Positions 28,071 to 42,635 of a stretch of DNA of 64,000 bases are shown here, piece after piece (position 1 is the stretch's first letter; the number at the start of each line of letters is the position of its first letter). Below the pieces are notes generated by a model. It ran no database searches and was not told the origin of the DNA. It saw only the letters and a list, made by a program, of their open reading frames with translations. The position numbers and the translations under genes were made by a program. This DNA comes from Eledone cirrhosa (taxonomy: Eukaryota), in the NCBI GenBank assembly GCA_964016885.1, contig OZ024740.1, positions 93,248,001 to 93,312,000 of the forward strand, read 5' to 3'.

Positions 28071-28455
28071 TTTAACAGACATTTGGAAATCCTAATCCCG
28101 AAACAGGTTAGTTCAAAATCTAATTTGATAATCTTAACAACTAATGTAATCGAGCTACATTTATTTGCGTATTAATTAATTTGTATTTCGACCTCTATTG
28201 TGAAAGTTGTATTCTTATAAAAATATGTTCATATAAATTGGGCGCTCTTTTAAATATTTCTTTATTTAGGGAAACTAATAATAAAGATAGGAATATGAAC
28301 ATATTTTTATAAGAATACAACTTTCACAATAGAGGTCGAAATACAAATTAATTAATACGCAAATAAATGTAGCTCGATTACATTAGTTGTTAAGATTATC
28401 AAATTAGATTTTGAACTAACCTGTTTCGGGATTAGGATTTCCAAATTTCTGTTAA
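28071..28455. repeat. Near-perfect inverted repeat (~163 bp arms, ~58 bp spacer) close to (TA)n
   Basis: 28071-28234 is the reverse complement of 28293-28455. Confidence 0.9.
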
Positions 28456-28503
28456 AATGCATCAGTTTACATTTTATAATAAATGTTAAATTCTGTGTTT
28501 AAA

Positions 28504-28750
<247 letters not shown>

Positions 28751-28757
28751 ATAATGA

Positions 28758-31700
28758 TTTCTTTATTAACCACAAAGGTTTACATAAAGTAGACATTAAG
28801 GACAGTGCAGGACAATACATGACGGTACAAATGGCCATTTCTGCGTGTAAGAAACAAAAACAGACGATGTAACAGAAAAATAACAATGAAAAATTCCCCA
28901 ATTGGGGGAGACTTCGGAGGGACATTTGTGGAGAAAGCACAGTAAAAGGCCACAGTGACCCTGAACACCAGGGCAAGTGCCCTCTCCCAGTTTTCCACCT
29001 TTAATTTACAGATATATACTCAGAGTAGGCCCATTCACTCGGGCCATTCTTGCTTCTCTCACCCATCTTTCAACAAAATGCTGGGAAGAGAGCACTTCCC
29101 TCTCTACTCTGATTTTCCTTTTGAAATAAAATTTGAAAAAGTCAATCAGAGCATCACCGAAGAGGTAATGCTCGTCTTCAGCCCTTTCAAACGTGTCCAC
29201 CATACTATCTTTTTCGCCATGGCCAACAGACAGATAAACACTGCCTGCCCTTCCCGGCTAAAGAAGAAGGGCGGGGCAATCCTCACGATGGACTCAGGTG
29301 ATAGCCGGATCCGTCCTACACGCGACAGCAGGTGTTCGACATAAACCCACAAGTCAAACATTTTCGGACACTGGACGAGTCCGTGCAGGACGGTTTCGTC
29401 GCCCTGCACGCATCTCGGACATGCCCGGCTGACGGCACCTCCATGCCTGTAGAGTTTATCCCGAATTGGCAAGGCTCCTCGGTAGCACTGCCAGGCCAGA
29501 TATTTCTGGAAGTTGTCCATAGGCCCTGGCCCGAAAGTTCTACCGAAGAGATTGGCTAGTTCATTTTTGTCGACGCCTAGAATTTCCCCAAGTACGTCGT
29601 CGCTCTTCCCCCTCCACTAATCCTCTATAGAACGCCGAGGTGGAGTTTCCACCGATCACATTGCCCGATTGGTCGAGGGCTGTGAGCGCCTGAAGACATT
29701 CCAGTCTCCAAGCGCTCCCTCTCGGTCTTCGCTTGACCCAGGACTGCAGCTCCGTCAAGGAAACGAGCTGGGGAAATACGTGTCTAGCAAACAGCGACCA
29801 CACCTGATCACCGTCGAGGAAGAGGTGGAGATGTCGTAGCCTGAGCGCGTGCCTGCGCATCGTCAGCCACGTCATGCCAGCCCTCCACGTAGCGGGTGTT
29901 GACAACAGATGGACCGCCTGAACATCGCCTCAACGTCTCCAGTTTGTGCAGTAATGGCTCGAGAGTTAATACGTACAAGAGGGACGAGAGGGGACATCCT
30001 TGGCGGACCGAGCGCATGATGTTAAACGGTTCCGACTGGTGACCGTTCACTCTCACCACAGAGCAGATGTCGCTGTGCATGGCAGCGATCCAGCCTCTGA
30101 AGACGGGCTCAAAGCCAGCCGCCCTCAGGACTGCCGCTAGGTAACGATGGTCGACCCTATCGAAAGCTGTCGACTGATCTAAATTGATCAAGGACCCACC
30201 CGTGCCAGGTTTCCTAGCTACCCTTTCTACGATGTATCGCATGAGGTGGAGGTTGTCGTGGATGGATCTGTCGGGAATGGCGCATGCCTGCGCCTCTCCC
30301 ACCAGACCACCAACGACAAGCGCCAACCTCTTTACTAGCACCTTGGCCAAAATCTTGAACTCTGTGTTTGGCCTAAAATTATCTATGTTATCCCCCTTGT
30401 TCGGATACTTTCTCTGCAGCGCCACCGCTCCTCGGCTCACAGAGTGGGTATTCTCCCGTTCTGTTGCCAGTTGCAGTAGACGTCCGCCAAGAGGCCTCCG
30501 AACAAGTCTGGCATCTGTACGTACAATCATAGGGCAGACCATCCAAACCAGGCGATTTACCCCTTCTGCAGCCAGTCATTGTCTCCCGTACTTCAGCGTC
30601 TGTAACCGGCTTTTTGCAACATCCCGCCTCAGTGGTCAAGAACCGCGGCAGCCCGTCGAGGTAGACACTAAAGTCCATCCCTCGATCCGGCCCGCCGCTG
30701 CCCCCGATGAGTTGAGCGAAGTGTCGCTGAAAAGCTTCACACATTTGCCCGTGATCGAGTAGCATGCGCCGGTCGTGGTCCACTAAAGACCGGGTCGTAG
30801 CTTTGTTGCCACGACGCGCCTCCGTCACTCGGGCCCATTCAACGGCTTTCGTCCCCTCGTGTCTGAGAGCACGCACTCTAGCTCTGACAACGCAGCCTTC
30901 GTGCTTTGCATTGAAGTATTGGTCAAGCGCCAATTTCGCCGCAAGTACGTCGGTCGCGATGCCTTTGCAAAACGCCTCGTCTAATTTTCTAACTAATTCT
31001 CCCTCTGCTCTATTTTTCTCTATTGCTAAAGCCTTACTACACCTAATGGACTCTATTCTAATTGCTCTTTTCACAGCAAACCACCATTTGTTGTTGAGGA
31101 TGGCCCCCGTCAACGCCCGCTTAACTAGTACGCTAATCCGGTCTCTGTAGGCCTTGCGCGCTGGTAAGGAGGCATTTAGCTTCCAGTAGCCGGGTCCTCG
31201 TCTATGAAGCCTATCTAAGTAAAGCACACAGATCACGAATTGTGGACAGCCTATGCTAGACCTATCTATTTTCCTACAAAATACTCTATCTAGATATTAT
31301 CTGGATGACCCTATGCGATTTGTCCAAGTCCACATTGGTTCATTCGTGAAATCCAATCGGTACCTGTCAGACAGTTCAAAACGCCTGAGCAGGTTGGTGA
31401 GACTCTTGCACCCTCCTCCCCTATGCACTAATCCCACACAGTCCCAGCGTGTATCTAAGATCCCGTTCCAGTCGCCCACTAACACTAAAGAGCGGGATGT
31501 TCCAAGAAAGGTCCCCAGACGCCGGAAGAAATCTGGCCGCCCTGCTCCGATCGGAGTATAGACGGCCACTAACGTGAAAGCTTGCCCGTCTCCGCTGGTC
31601 ATGTCCAGCACCACCAACTTACCTTCTCGGTCAAGGAAGATGGCCCGTACGTCGAAATCCAAACCTCTCCGAAAAAGCACAGCAATCCTCCCCACAATCC

Positions 31701-34081
31701 CGGACGGCTGTGAGATGCGTACACATCGTAGCCGCCGAAGATCGGTGCGAAGGCCCGTGCTTCGGTGATTCTGGTCTCGTTGATGGCCACTACATCTATG
31801 TTTAGTGACCTGAGGTCGTTGAGCAGGTGGCCCTGCTTCCATGACGAACCCAAGCCAAGCGCATTTATGCTGTCTATTCTGAGTGAGGTCATGTTGAAAT
31901 GGAGTGGGAAAGATGGGAAACACCACTTACCTTACTTCTCGTAGAGGAAGGACGGTTCTTCTATCCTTTTCGCTGCTTGTGGCCTCCTCAGGAGGGATGT
32001 CCTTATAAATATTCCTGGAGAGTGCTTGTCGGAAGTCTCTCGATGTGTTTGGGGAATTTTTGTTTTAGAGTCATGTACGTTTTCTGTGTGATGCGAGTGA
32101 TTTGTATGTGTGGAGGTGGTGTGAATTTTTGCGTTATGTTGTAGTCTTTTTCTGTGATGCTGGTGTTGTGTTGGATGTAGTGTAATAATTGCTGGTTGTT
32201 CAAATTTAATGCTGTGTAGTGTGTATCGTTTTGGTTGTTTTGTTTTGTTTGCGTTTGTTGTGGGTTTGTTCCTGTTTCGCATTTTGGTGACTTTTGTGGT
32301 GTAGGTGATGGTGGTGTTGGGGTTAATGATGGTGATGGTGTTGGTGTTTGGGGTGATAGGGTTGGTCATCCTGGTGTGGATGGTGGCATATCTGTCCTAA
32401 CATTTTTGTTTGTTAATTTATTTGTTTCCCTCTGTATTTTGTTTTTTGGGGGGGAAGGAAGAGAATTTTTTCTTTTTTGGTTTCTTTTTTTTTTTTTTCC
32501 TGATACCATTTCCCACTCCTCGTCGTCACATTCTATCTCCAGTTTTTATAGGCATGGGAGTGGAAAATCCTCCACAGACGTTAGTTTTGGTTGTGGCGTA
32601 GTGTATGGTGTAGGCGCTGGTGCTAATTCTGAAGCGTAGGGTGGTGGTGGTGTTAGTTTTGCTGGTGGTGTTGGTGTTGGTTTTGCTACTGTTGCTGGGG
32701 TTGTTGCTGTTATAGTTGCTTCTGTTGTTGCTGCTACAGTTGTTTCTGCCATCTCTGCTACTGGTGGTCTTGATGGTTGAGTCACTGGGGTGGGTAGGAG
32801 AGGTGGCCTCAACCTTTTAGCTTGAGGGCAGAAATCCCTTAGGTGGGTTCCTTCACCACAAACGACACACCTAGGCTTTCTGCCCTCGACAATTACGGTG
32901 AGATGGCTGCCGTCAGTGAGGTCTATTACCTCCGGCATCTCCCCAATGCTTTTTTGGTCCGCTTGGATCAAGAGCTCCATCCCAGATCCGGACCAGTTCT
33001 CCTGCTCTTCTTTTGCTATTACTATTATCTTGGTATTGGCTTCGATGCCGGTGAGGACGGCCGCTATTAGCAAAGGAATTTCGATGGCTGGTGGAACGTG
33101 GGTCACCCTGATATTTACGAGTCTCTGGCCACAATAGCTTGGGACGAGTGTGAAGTCGTCACTTCATAATGGGGCCATGGAGTGTGCTCTAGCCTGCTCT
33201 GGTGTTTCAAAGAACACGTCCACGGTTCCATACTTCTGCCCACGTCTGATGTGGGTTTTTCTTGCCCACACATGTCCCAAAGCTTTTTGGATCTGGGACT
33301 CGGATGCCCGTTCCACTCGGCTCGATTTTACATTAATTGTTCGATACGACACGGTGCATAGGCGCCGATGCTCCATTTTATTAGGTGTGTGTATGGGGGG
33401 GGGGGGCGACCCTGTACCCATCATTCTTCACCATTTTTTTGGCATTTTCTAATTCCTCCTGAGTTACCGTAAATGCTTCGCACTTTTTTGCTACTCTGGC
33501 AAAACTCAGGGTGTTTTTTTTAATGTCATTGTTGCTGTTGTTGTTATCGTTATTTTTGTTATTATTAATTTTAGATTCAGTTGTGGTGGTGGTGACGTCA
33601 GTGGTGTTCGGTGTGGAAGAGTCCATTTTGGTTGAAAACATTTCGACATCACGAGTTGATTTATTTTTTCCTTTTGTTTCAGATGTCGCGGTGGTGGTGG
33701 GGGTGGCGGCTTCAACACCTGCAGTCATTGGTAATGGCGGGAAATCAATGTCTGCCTGAGACAAATTAAAAATATTGCTACTGATTAAATGTATAGTGTT
33801 GGCAATCGTAGTAATATTTACACTGGTGGTGTCGGTGTGAGGTGTTAGTTCATGAGGAAGGTTGTCAGCTTCGTGTGGCTGTGAGACTTCCATGTTTTCT
33901 TTTCAAAGAAATTTTTGGGATAATTATAAATGTTTAAATTTTGGGCACAAGTCCCCAATCTTTTTGGGTGTCCTTTTCGGAAAACAATGTATGTGCGCTT
34001 ATAATCAGTTAACAATAAAATTTTCCATAATTGGCAAGCTTTGCGGAGCTCACGATGATACGATTTACTACGTAGGTCGCC
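28758..34081 (-). mobile_element. Near full-length Tx1/L1-like LINE: ORF1 ~33893-32546 with CCHC knuckle, ORF2 ~31892-29006; frameshifted, with an internal RT deletion
   Basis: CVVCGEGTHLRDFC; SINALGL, LVGDWNGIL, PGYWKLN, KSPGLDGLP, DQSTAFDRVDH, VRQGCPLS, CPRCVQGDETVLHGLVQC; flanked by (AAT)n. Confidence 0.93.
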
Positions 34082-34122
<41 letters not shown>

Positions 34123-34126
<4 letters not shown>

Positions 34127-34256
34127 GGCATGCTTGCTTGGAACAGCAAGAACCCTCCGATACGTCCTGAATATCTGAGGCTGCAGGTAGTGGCTTGACA
34201 TTCAATCCAACGGACTTTCCAGTTAACCAACATCAATGACTGAGATTCAAGGAATA
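34123..34256 (+). mobile_element. Dong/R4 LINE 3'-end fragment in (AAT)n
   Basis: KACLLGTARTLRYVLNI plus 3' UTR; reverse complement of ~34322-34455. Confidence 0.85.
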
Positions 34257-34283
34257 ACAACAATAATAATAATAATAATAATA

Positions 34284-34316
<33 letters not shown>

Positions 34317-34321
34317 GTTGT

Positions 34322-35257
34322 TATTCCTTGAATCTCAATCATTGATGTTGGTTAACTTGAAAGTCCGTTGGAATGAATATCAAGCCAATACCTGCAGCCT
34401 CAGATATTCAGGACGTATCGGAGTGTTCTTGCTGTTCCAAGAAAGCATGCCTTTTGAAGCGTTCCAAAAAGCGTGAAGGGGCCGATTTTCTTTAACCATC
34501 CCTGAAAGCTTTTGGAGATAGTGCGCCTATGACAATCGGGATCAGTTTGACTTCATGGCAGTTCCAAATCCTCTTCACCTCCCACTTTAGGTCCTGGTAT
34601 CGGTTAATTTTCTCCCTCTCCTTCTCTTGCACTCTCGTGTCGAAAGGGCAGGCCACATCCACAATCAGACACGATCTTTTTTCTTTGTCCACAACCACCA
34701 GGTCAGGTCTATTGTGTTCCAGTTTTTTGTCCGTCTGTATCCTAAAATCCCACAGCACCTTCATCTGATTGTTCTCCATCACCGCCTCTGGCTTATGCTC
34801 ATACCATTTCTCAGAATGTGGTAAATTGTTTACTTTGCACAGGTGCCAGTGGATCACCCTGCCCATCACATCGTGTCTCCAGCCCTTATAGTGGGTCTGG
34901 GCTAGGTGTTTACACTCGGACACAATGTGAGCCACAGTCTCCTCTCTCTCTCCACAGATCCTGCACAGTGGGCTAGCCTCCTCCTTGTAAATATGGTGCT
35001 TCAACCACTTCGTTTTGAGGGCCTGCTCCTGCGCAGCCATTAGCATTCCTTCTGTAGCCTTTTTGAGGTCTCCTCTTCTCAACCAGTTCCATGACTGTGG
35101 ATCTCTAAATTCAGTTTTCTCAAAGAAGGTACTATAAAGGGATTTTCCCTCAAGGCTGCTCTTCTTCCTTGATGTTATTTCCTCCTTGGACATCCCCTGG
35201 CCTACTGTCCCCCTCCTTCAGTACAGTTCTGAGCATTGGCTCCTTACTATAGGTCAC

Positions 35258-35258
<1 letters not shown>
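34322..35258 (-). mobile_element. 5'-truncated Dong/R4 LINE (zinc knuckle plus restriction-like endonuclease)
   Basis: CRICGEREETVAHIVSEC and RPDLVVVDKEKRSCLIVDVACP; (ATT)n on both sides. Confidence 0.92.
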
Positions 35259-35337
<79 letters not shown>

Positions 35338-35338
35338 G

Positions 35339-38300
35339 TTCTTTGAGTCTCAGTCATTGATTTTAGTTAACTGGAAAGTTTGTTGAAATGAATATCAAGC
35401 CACTACCTGCATCCTCACATATTCAGGACGTATCGGAGGGTTCTTGCTGTTCCCAGCAAGCATGCCTTTTGAAGCGTTCCAAAAAGCGTGGCGGCGCCAA
35501 TTTTCTTTAACCATCCCTGGAAACTTTTTGAGATAGTGCCTAGTGCGCCTATGACAATCGGGACCACTTTGAGTTCATGGCAGTTCCAAATCCTTTTTAC
35601 CTCCCACTTTAAGTCCTGGTATCGGTTAATTTTCTCCCTCTCCTTCTCTTGCACTCTCGTCTCGAATGGGCAGGCGACATCCACAATCAGGCACGATCTG
35701 TTTTCTTTGTCCAAAACCACCAGGTCGGGTCTATTGCGTTCCAGTTTCTTGTCCGTCTGTATCCTAATATCCCATAGCACCTTCACCTGATCGTTTTCTA
35801 TCACCGAATCTGGCTTATGCTCATACCACTTCTCAGAATGTGGTAAATTGTTTACTTTGCATAGGTGCCAGTTGATCACCCTGCCCATCACATCAAGTCT
35901 CCAGCCCTTATAGTGAGTCTGGGCTAGGTATTTACACTCGGATAATATGTGAGCCACAGTCTCCTCTCTCTCTCCACAGATCCTGCACAGTGGGCTAGCC
36001 TCCTCCTTGTAAATATGGTGTTTCAACCACTTCTTTTTGAGGGCCTGCTCCTGCGCGGCCATTAATATTCCTTCTGTAGCCTTTTTAATGTCTCCTCTTT
36101 TCAACCAGTTCCATGTCTGTGGATCTCTGAATTCAGTTTTCTCAAAGAAGGTACTATGATGGGATTTTTCCTGAAGGCTGCTCTTTCTCCTTGATGTTAT
36201 TTCCTCCTTGGACATCCCCTGGTCTATTGTCCCCTCCTTCAGTACAGTTCTGAGCATTGGCTCCTTACTATCATTCACGTATTTGTGTAGGTTGTTTTTC
36301 TCAATCTGGACACAGTCCTCTATGCTGATAAGACTTATTCCACCTTCAGATCTCCTTAAGGATAGTCTATCGACATCACTCCTCTTGTGGAACATGTTGT
36401 AGAAAGTCAATAGCTTCCTAGTCTTCCTATCCATTTCTTTTTGTTCAGCAACATTCCATCTCAGAATTCCCGCACTGTACGTAGTAATAGACACGGTTCG
36501 GGAATTTACTGCACTTATGGCATTACTACTGTTCAGATGTGACTTCAATACGCTCCTTACTTTCCGAATGTATTCAGTTCTTATCAATTCCTTCATTTTT
36601 TTGTTCTTGATGTCATGAGCCACCAGAACACACACATACATGTATCCTTTTTCAGAGTCAATTTCCTTTATCATCTCACTTGTCGGTACCTGTATTCCGT
36701 TACTTCTTCTCAATTTACCCCTCCTCATCACAAGGACTCCACACTTACTAATACCAAATTGCATACATATATCATTGCGGAAAATACGGACAGTGTCAAC
36801 AAGCACATCCAACTCCTACTCACACTTCCCGAAGAGCTTAAGATCGTCCATGAAGAGAAGGTGATTGATGGTAAGCCCTCCCTTTCCCAACCTGTATCCA
36901 GATCTCATTTTCGCAGTACACTGGTCAGGGGCTTCAGGGCAAGGACAAACAACAGAGGGGACAGACTATCTCCCTGGAAGATACCCCTCTTGATCTTCAC
37001 GCTTCCCAAGGATTCTCCAGTTGATGTTAACTCTCTTTCCCAGGACTTCATACGTTTCCCCAACAACTGTCTGATGTTATCTGCCACCTTGAAGATCTCC
37101 AGGCTTTTGGTGATCCAAGAATGAGGCACCATGTCAAATGCCTTTTTGTAGTCTATCCATCGCATGGCAAGACCAGTGTGTCTCCTCTTGCAATTCCTCA
37201 TTACCATCTTATCAATAAGTAGCTGGTCCTTTGTACCACGTGACTTCTTTCGGCAACCTTTCTGTTCGTCCGGCAACAAGTTGTTTGTGTGGAGGTGATG
37301 GTAGATTTCCTCAGCCATAATGCTCGTCAACAGTTTCCACATTACGGACAGACATGTGATAGGTCTATAGTTGGTAACATGATTACCCTTGATTCGGTCT
37401 TTCATTATCAGAACTGTGGTACCTTGTGTCAACCACTCTGGTACCTCACCTGACATCAAGCAGTCATTGAACATGGTTGTCAGTTTCGGGTGGAGGGATG
37501 TTATATTTTTAATCCAATACGCCTGCACACCATCTGCGCCTGGTGATTTCCAATTGGTTAGTTTTTTGGCCTGCCCCTTAAGAGTTTCAACTGTGATACT
37601 CAAATCAGTTTGTTAGTGTGCCTATTCACTAATCTCCTTCTGTACTGTCTCAATCCATACTGCCTGGTCATTATGTTTAACATCCTGCTCCCATATTCCA
37701 CTCCAGAATGTTTTAGTTTGTTCCGCCTCAGGAATCAAATCGTTGCCTCTTCCTTTCCCTTCAAGCTGTCCAAACAGCATCTTCTGGTTGTTGTCGAACA
37801 TGCGGTTCTGACTATACTGGCTGACTCTGTTGTATCGCCTGATTTTTGCACTCTTTGCTACAATGCGTTGCTTCAGTTCCTCTATGGTAATATTTAGCTT
37901 TTTCCTCCTAGTTTTGTACTTTATTTCCAGTCTATTTTTAGTGTCTATGTTTTTTAGTGTCCCATTCAGTAGGGACTCAAGCTTTCCAATGTCATTTCTC
38001 ATTTCCCTGATTTGACCATTCTGTCGTTTCTTTCACCAAGGCTCTGCTCTTTCTTGTATGTTGTTTCCTCTCGATTTTATACCAAGTAGTTTCCTCACCG
38101 TATTTGCTGTTGCTTTGAAGATATTGTTGCACTGGTGAAGGCTCCTCGCCTCAAGGTATGCTGTTGTTTCTTTTTACTTGTTCCTGTCTACAAATCTTAG
38201 GTTCATAGGTCTCCCACTATCATTGTTCAATTCATCTACCACTAAGTTTAGGATATCACAATATCTTGTCCTAGCCCATCAGCATTCATCTCCTCAGTGG

Positions 38301-39215
38301 CCGTATCTCTGTTCCAGGTATTATTTATCTCAGCATTCAGATCATTGTCTGCTTCGGCTGGTTCCTCCGTTCTCTCGACCTCTTCACCTTCATTTCCCAC
38401 TGGCTCGTTTGCCTGGCATAATCCACTCTCCATCTCCAAGCTAATCTATCTGCTCAGTTCCTCCAGTTCCAGCTCACTTATCCACCCATTAGTTATTATT
38501 ACCCGAGCCTGCCCGGCCAATTTTTGTTCATCTAATTTAAATAGACCAATCTCGTTCCAGATGTTATGCATCCGTTTCCTATAGCCTTTATCCTTGGGGT
38601 TACTCTTCAGGCAACATTGCATAACAGTTCTATTCAATTCTTTCGTCCAGTTGGTTCTGGTCCCTTTCCTTCTTCTTCTTCCTCCGACACCAGCAGTATT
38701 TGGTTGACAGCCAGGTCCCTGCTGCTGAGCCAGGGAGCACCTGTTGGGTGAGTGTCTGTCACATGACATTCTATTCTACATTTCACAGTTATTTGAACTG
38801 TTTAGGTTCGATATTTAAACACTCTTATCGAGGATTGGCGAATGTATGGTTACATAACCACCGGTGAATTTCATCGTCTCCGGTAGTTCCGTCCCACCAC
38901 GTGATTTCTGTGTGGCATTATCACGCTGTAGACGAACATAAATAAACAAACAAACAAACAGGCAAACAAAACCCCAAAAATGAATAAGTATAAGTTTCAT
39001 TGTAATGTAGTGTTTGAATGTCTGACTTAGTTTTTCCCTTCCCTTCTCTGTCCGTCTGTTTGTTTTTCTCTTCATCTTTTATTTTCTTTACGTTTTTCGT
39101 TGTTGCTTTGCTGTTTTGATATTGATTTTTGTTTTTTTGATTTTGACCTGGTCATCAATTCAGGCTATTTATATATTTTGATGCCTTCCTTTTTTAGTGG
39201 GGATTCTACGATTCT
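35339..39215 (-). mobile_element. Near full-length Dong/R4-clade LINE (RT plus RLE), frameshifted; putative 5' UTR 38780-39215
   Basis: NWKSPGADGV, NYRPITCL, WIDYKKAFDMVPH, RGIFQGDSLSPLLF, LFMDD, CCHC and PD..D motifs; (ATT)n flanks fit TAA-repeat targeting by Dong elements. Confidence 0.93.
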
Positions 39216-39222
39216 ATTATTA

Positions 39223-39260
<38 letters not shown>

Positions 39261-39407
39261 ATTATTATTATTATTATTATTATTATTCTCTATACTCCTT
39301 ACATCAAACTAAAATATGTTGACAATCTTTTAATAATGTCTTCCTTGTGAAATTTGTGGTCTTGTATATTTTTGGTCATATATATTATATAATAATAATA
39401 TATAATA

Positions 39408-39481
<74 letters not shown>

Positions 39482-39664
39482 TATTATATATTATTATATA
39501 TATATATATATATATATGTGTGTATTAGAAAGTGCGGTTTTTTTTACAAAAAGGAAAAAGAACCTAGGTGTCCTACACTAGTGAAAGTGTAAAGAAAAAA
39601 ATATGAAAGCTAAAATGCAACTGGAGTCTTATTTTTAAAAATATATATATATTTATTTGGTTCG

Positions 39665-39698
39665 TTTACCAGTTTCGCAGTTCTTCTGCTTTTCAAAA
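39665..39698 (-). ncRNA. Minimal HHR-like motif, core UUGAAAA, in a ~210 bp TA-flanked segment
   Basis: TT-TTGAAAA-GCAG aagaa CTGC-GAAA-CTGG-TA-AA; stem I is only 2 bp. Confidence 0.55.
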
Positions 39699-39737
39699 GT
39701 ATAGTTGAGCTGGAGAGTCTATGGTTTTTCTCACATC

Positions 39738-39766
<29 letters not shown>

Positions 39767-39770
<4 letters not shown>

Positions 39771-40030
39771 CCATAAACGTGGTTCTGTCTTTGCGCGTAT
39801 TTGTTTTTCGCCGCTCCTATTAATGACGTATTATATTCGTTTTTTCCCGTTCTTTGCCAGGGAACGTTTCCACGAATCAAAGTATCGTCTTCCTGTCCTA
39901 CACCGGCTGCAACGTTTTTTGAAATATCCACTTCTGCGTTTAGAGATTGACTTTGTTAGTTTCAGAAGATCCCGTTAAGTGTGAAAACAGCGATTTTTTG
40001 CTTAAACTTTAATCTGTTATTTTATTAAAT
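39767..40030 (+). repeat. Solo pLTR of the PLE at 187-2282, with HHR-like motif at 39944-40017
   Basis: Matches ~2027-2280 and retains the CAGAAGA core and AGTTT/AAACT stem. Confidence 0.85.
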
Positions 40031-40115
40031 ATTTGCTCTACGGTTCTTATATATTTGATATATATTTATCCTTATCGAGCCTTCTTTGGATTATAGTCTT
40101 CAAATTTATTATTAT

Positions 40116-40167
<52 letters not shown>

Positions 40168-40724
40168 TTATACATATATATATAATATATATATATATAT
40201 TTCTAGCAACAAGCCTTGAGAAGTTTTACCAGTTGCATGAAATCACACTTGCTTTCCAGTTCATATAAACTTAACTCACTTTCAGATACATATCCTCCAT
40301 AAACGCTTGTTCTTCACTTTCCTTAACTTAACTTCTCTTGCTGATTTATTTATATTGTTATTTGTACTTCACATCCTCTAATGAACCCCCCCCCCCCCGT
40401 TCTTTGTTTCAATTATTTTATATCTTCACAATTTTACGTATTTTACTTCTCCCTTTTCTTTTAATACCTGATATCTTATGTCACTTGTGTTTTTAACTCC
40501 AGACATATCCTGTTTTCCATCAGCCGTTTTTAAGTATGTTTACTTGCGTATATCTTGTTCCCATTTATTCATACGGCTGTTTTTTTATATATGTATGTAT
40601 GAGTAGATGTGTGCATATATGTGTATACGTGTTTGCATATGTATACGAATGCGTTCGTATGGACGCGTGTATGTGTATATGTGTGTGTGTTTGTGGGCTT
40701 TTGCGTCTATGTTTTTTCCATAAG

Positions 40725-42409
40725 GAATAACAGATATGCCTTCAGCCTTGATGTAGTCGCTCTCTACACCTCGGGCCCGGCACTCCCGGCCGTCAATATA
40801 CTGATGGAACGCGTCCAATCCACCGACCTACACTGCTTCGGGCTCAACACCACTGACATCCACCAACTCCTATCCATTGTCGTCGACAACACCTACTTCG
40901 GATTCCTTGACCAAACATACCAAAAATCCTCGGGATTGCCCATGGGATCAATCCTGTCCGGTGTGCTAACGATCTCTTACATGGACAATCTCGAGCGCAA
41001 GGCACTCAACGCCTGCCACACCAACGCCGTAGCCTTTTTCTCAAGGTACGTGGACGATATCCACATCCTCAAATCTTCCCAAGACAAGGCGAACAGAATA
41101 TATGAGACGTTCAACAACACGGACGAGAACATTGACTTCAGTGTTGAACACCCTCCTCGACTTGCCCTCCTCGACTTCCCAATTAACATCACGGAACAGG
41201 GAAGGATCCACTGCAACTTCTACCGAAAGGCAGCCTGCAGAGACCTGTTCGTTCACTACAAGTCCGCCCTCCCTAACAGCGCCAAAAGAGGATACATCAC
41301 GAACGAGATCGCGCGAATCAAAAACAGATGCAGCGATCCCGCGAGTGGTGTCACTCATACCACGCGATTCCTCGAGGTGGTGGAGACGAACGAGTACCTT
41401 ACCTCGTTCACAGACAGAATAGGAGACACCAGACACAAGAGACAGAGAGGCACCCAAGGCAAGTGCCTCCTTAAAATCCACCACCAACGCTATCCGCAAG
41501 GCTATACGGAGGGAGGGCCTCGACATCCACCTGGCCCATTCGGGCCCCTCCCTGCGAAGATGCCTCTCCAGAAAACCCGGGAAATCTACTGACGCATGCT
41601 CCCTCAGACACTGCCCGATACGCGATGCGAACTGCTGCCTACGCACATACGTCGTGTATAAGATATAATGTGACAGGTGCAACCAATACTACATAGGTAG
41701 CACAATCCGACCTTTGCACATCCGGATCAAGGAACACACTAAAAGCAGGGCCTCATCTTCCCGTAAACACATAGACAAATGCCGAAACAAAGACGGAAGG
41801 CCCATTGTCACAATTCTAGCGACTGAAAGAAACGTCGGTACGTAACGTATCAAGGAAGCGCTTTTTATCAAACGTCCGCAACCGCAAATAAACAATTGAT
41901 CCGAGAGAAGCGAAATTAGATGGCTGGTTTAAGTTAACAAACGATGCAACAACACACGCACACGCACACACAGTAAAATTTAACAAACAGGCAGAGAATG
42001 GACTGACAGCTAGCGCCACCCCACTCCCTCATTCGGCAGCTGACCTCTGCCCGATCGACCCCATTTCACGCGCACGCGAGCTCTGCTGAATACCTCAGAT
42101 ATTCAAAACAACAAACAGCGGAGGACGCGTTTCGCACCTTTCCCCCACCCCGGAAAAAAACCCAGTTGATGGATGTGAATCCGAAATGTATAGGGACAGT
42201 TAAATCTCTCCCAAGGTAACTCTATCTCGTGTTGTTATTCTAATTGTTTTTATTTCATCCTTTATACTCTTTCCTTCATTCTTCTACACGTCTTATACAC
42301 ACCACGCAACTTAACGTACACCCACTTACATCTCTCTCTCCACCACCGGATCTTGTTACCCGGAGATTTACCCATTTGCATTGTCGAGGCTTCCAAACCA
42401 CTTAAAGAT

Positions 42410-42410
<1 letters not shown>
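40725..42410 (+). mobile_element. Penelope-like element (RT plus GIY-YIG), 5'-truncated, with a degenerate minimal HHR at 42161-42195
   Basis: FSLDVVALYTS, GLPMGSILS, RYVDDI, FYRK, VVYKI*CDRCNQYYIGSTIRPLHIRIKEH; downstream CC-CAGTTGA-T-GGAT gtga ATCC-GAAA-TGTA-TA-GG. Confidence 0.9.
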
Positions 42411-42484
<74 letters not shown>

Positions 42485-42516
42485 AAATTAAATTAAATTA
42501 AGGGTCGTGATTGTGA

Positions 42517-42635
42517 AGGCGTGTGACTGAGTGGTCAGAGAATTGGATTCACAATCTTGAGGTTGTGAGTTCGAGTCCTGGACCGGTCGAGGCGTTATGT
42601 CCTTGAGCAAGACATTTTATTTCATGTTGCTCCTC
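42517..42635 (+). mobile_element. tRNA-derived SINE, second family (CORE-like)
   Basis: A box TGACTGAGTGG, B box GAGTTCGAGTCC, then GTCCTTGAGCAAGACA. Confidence 0.65.
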
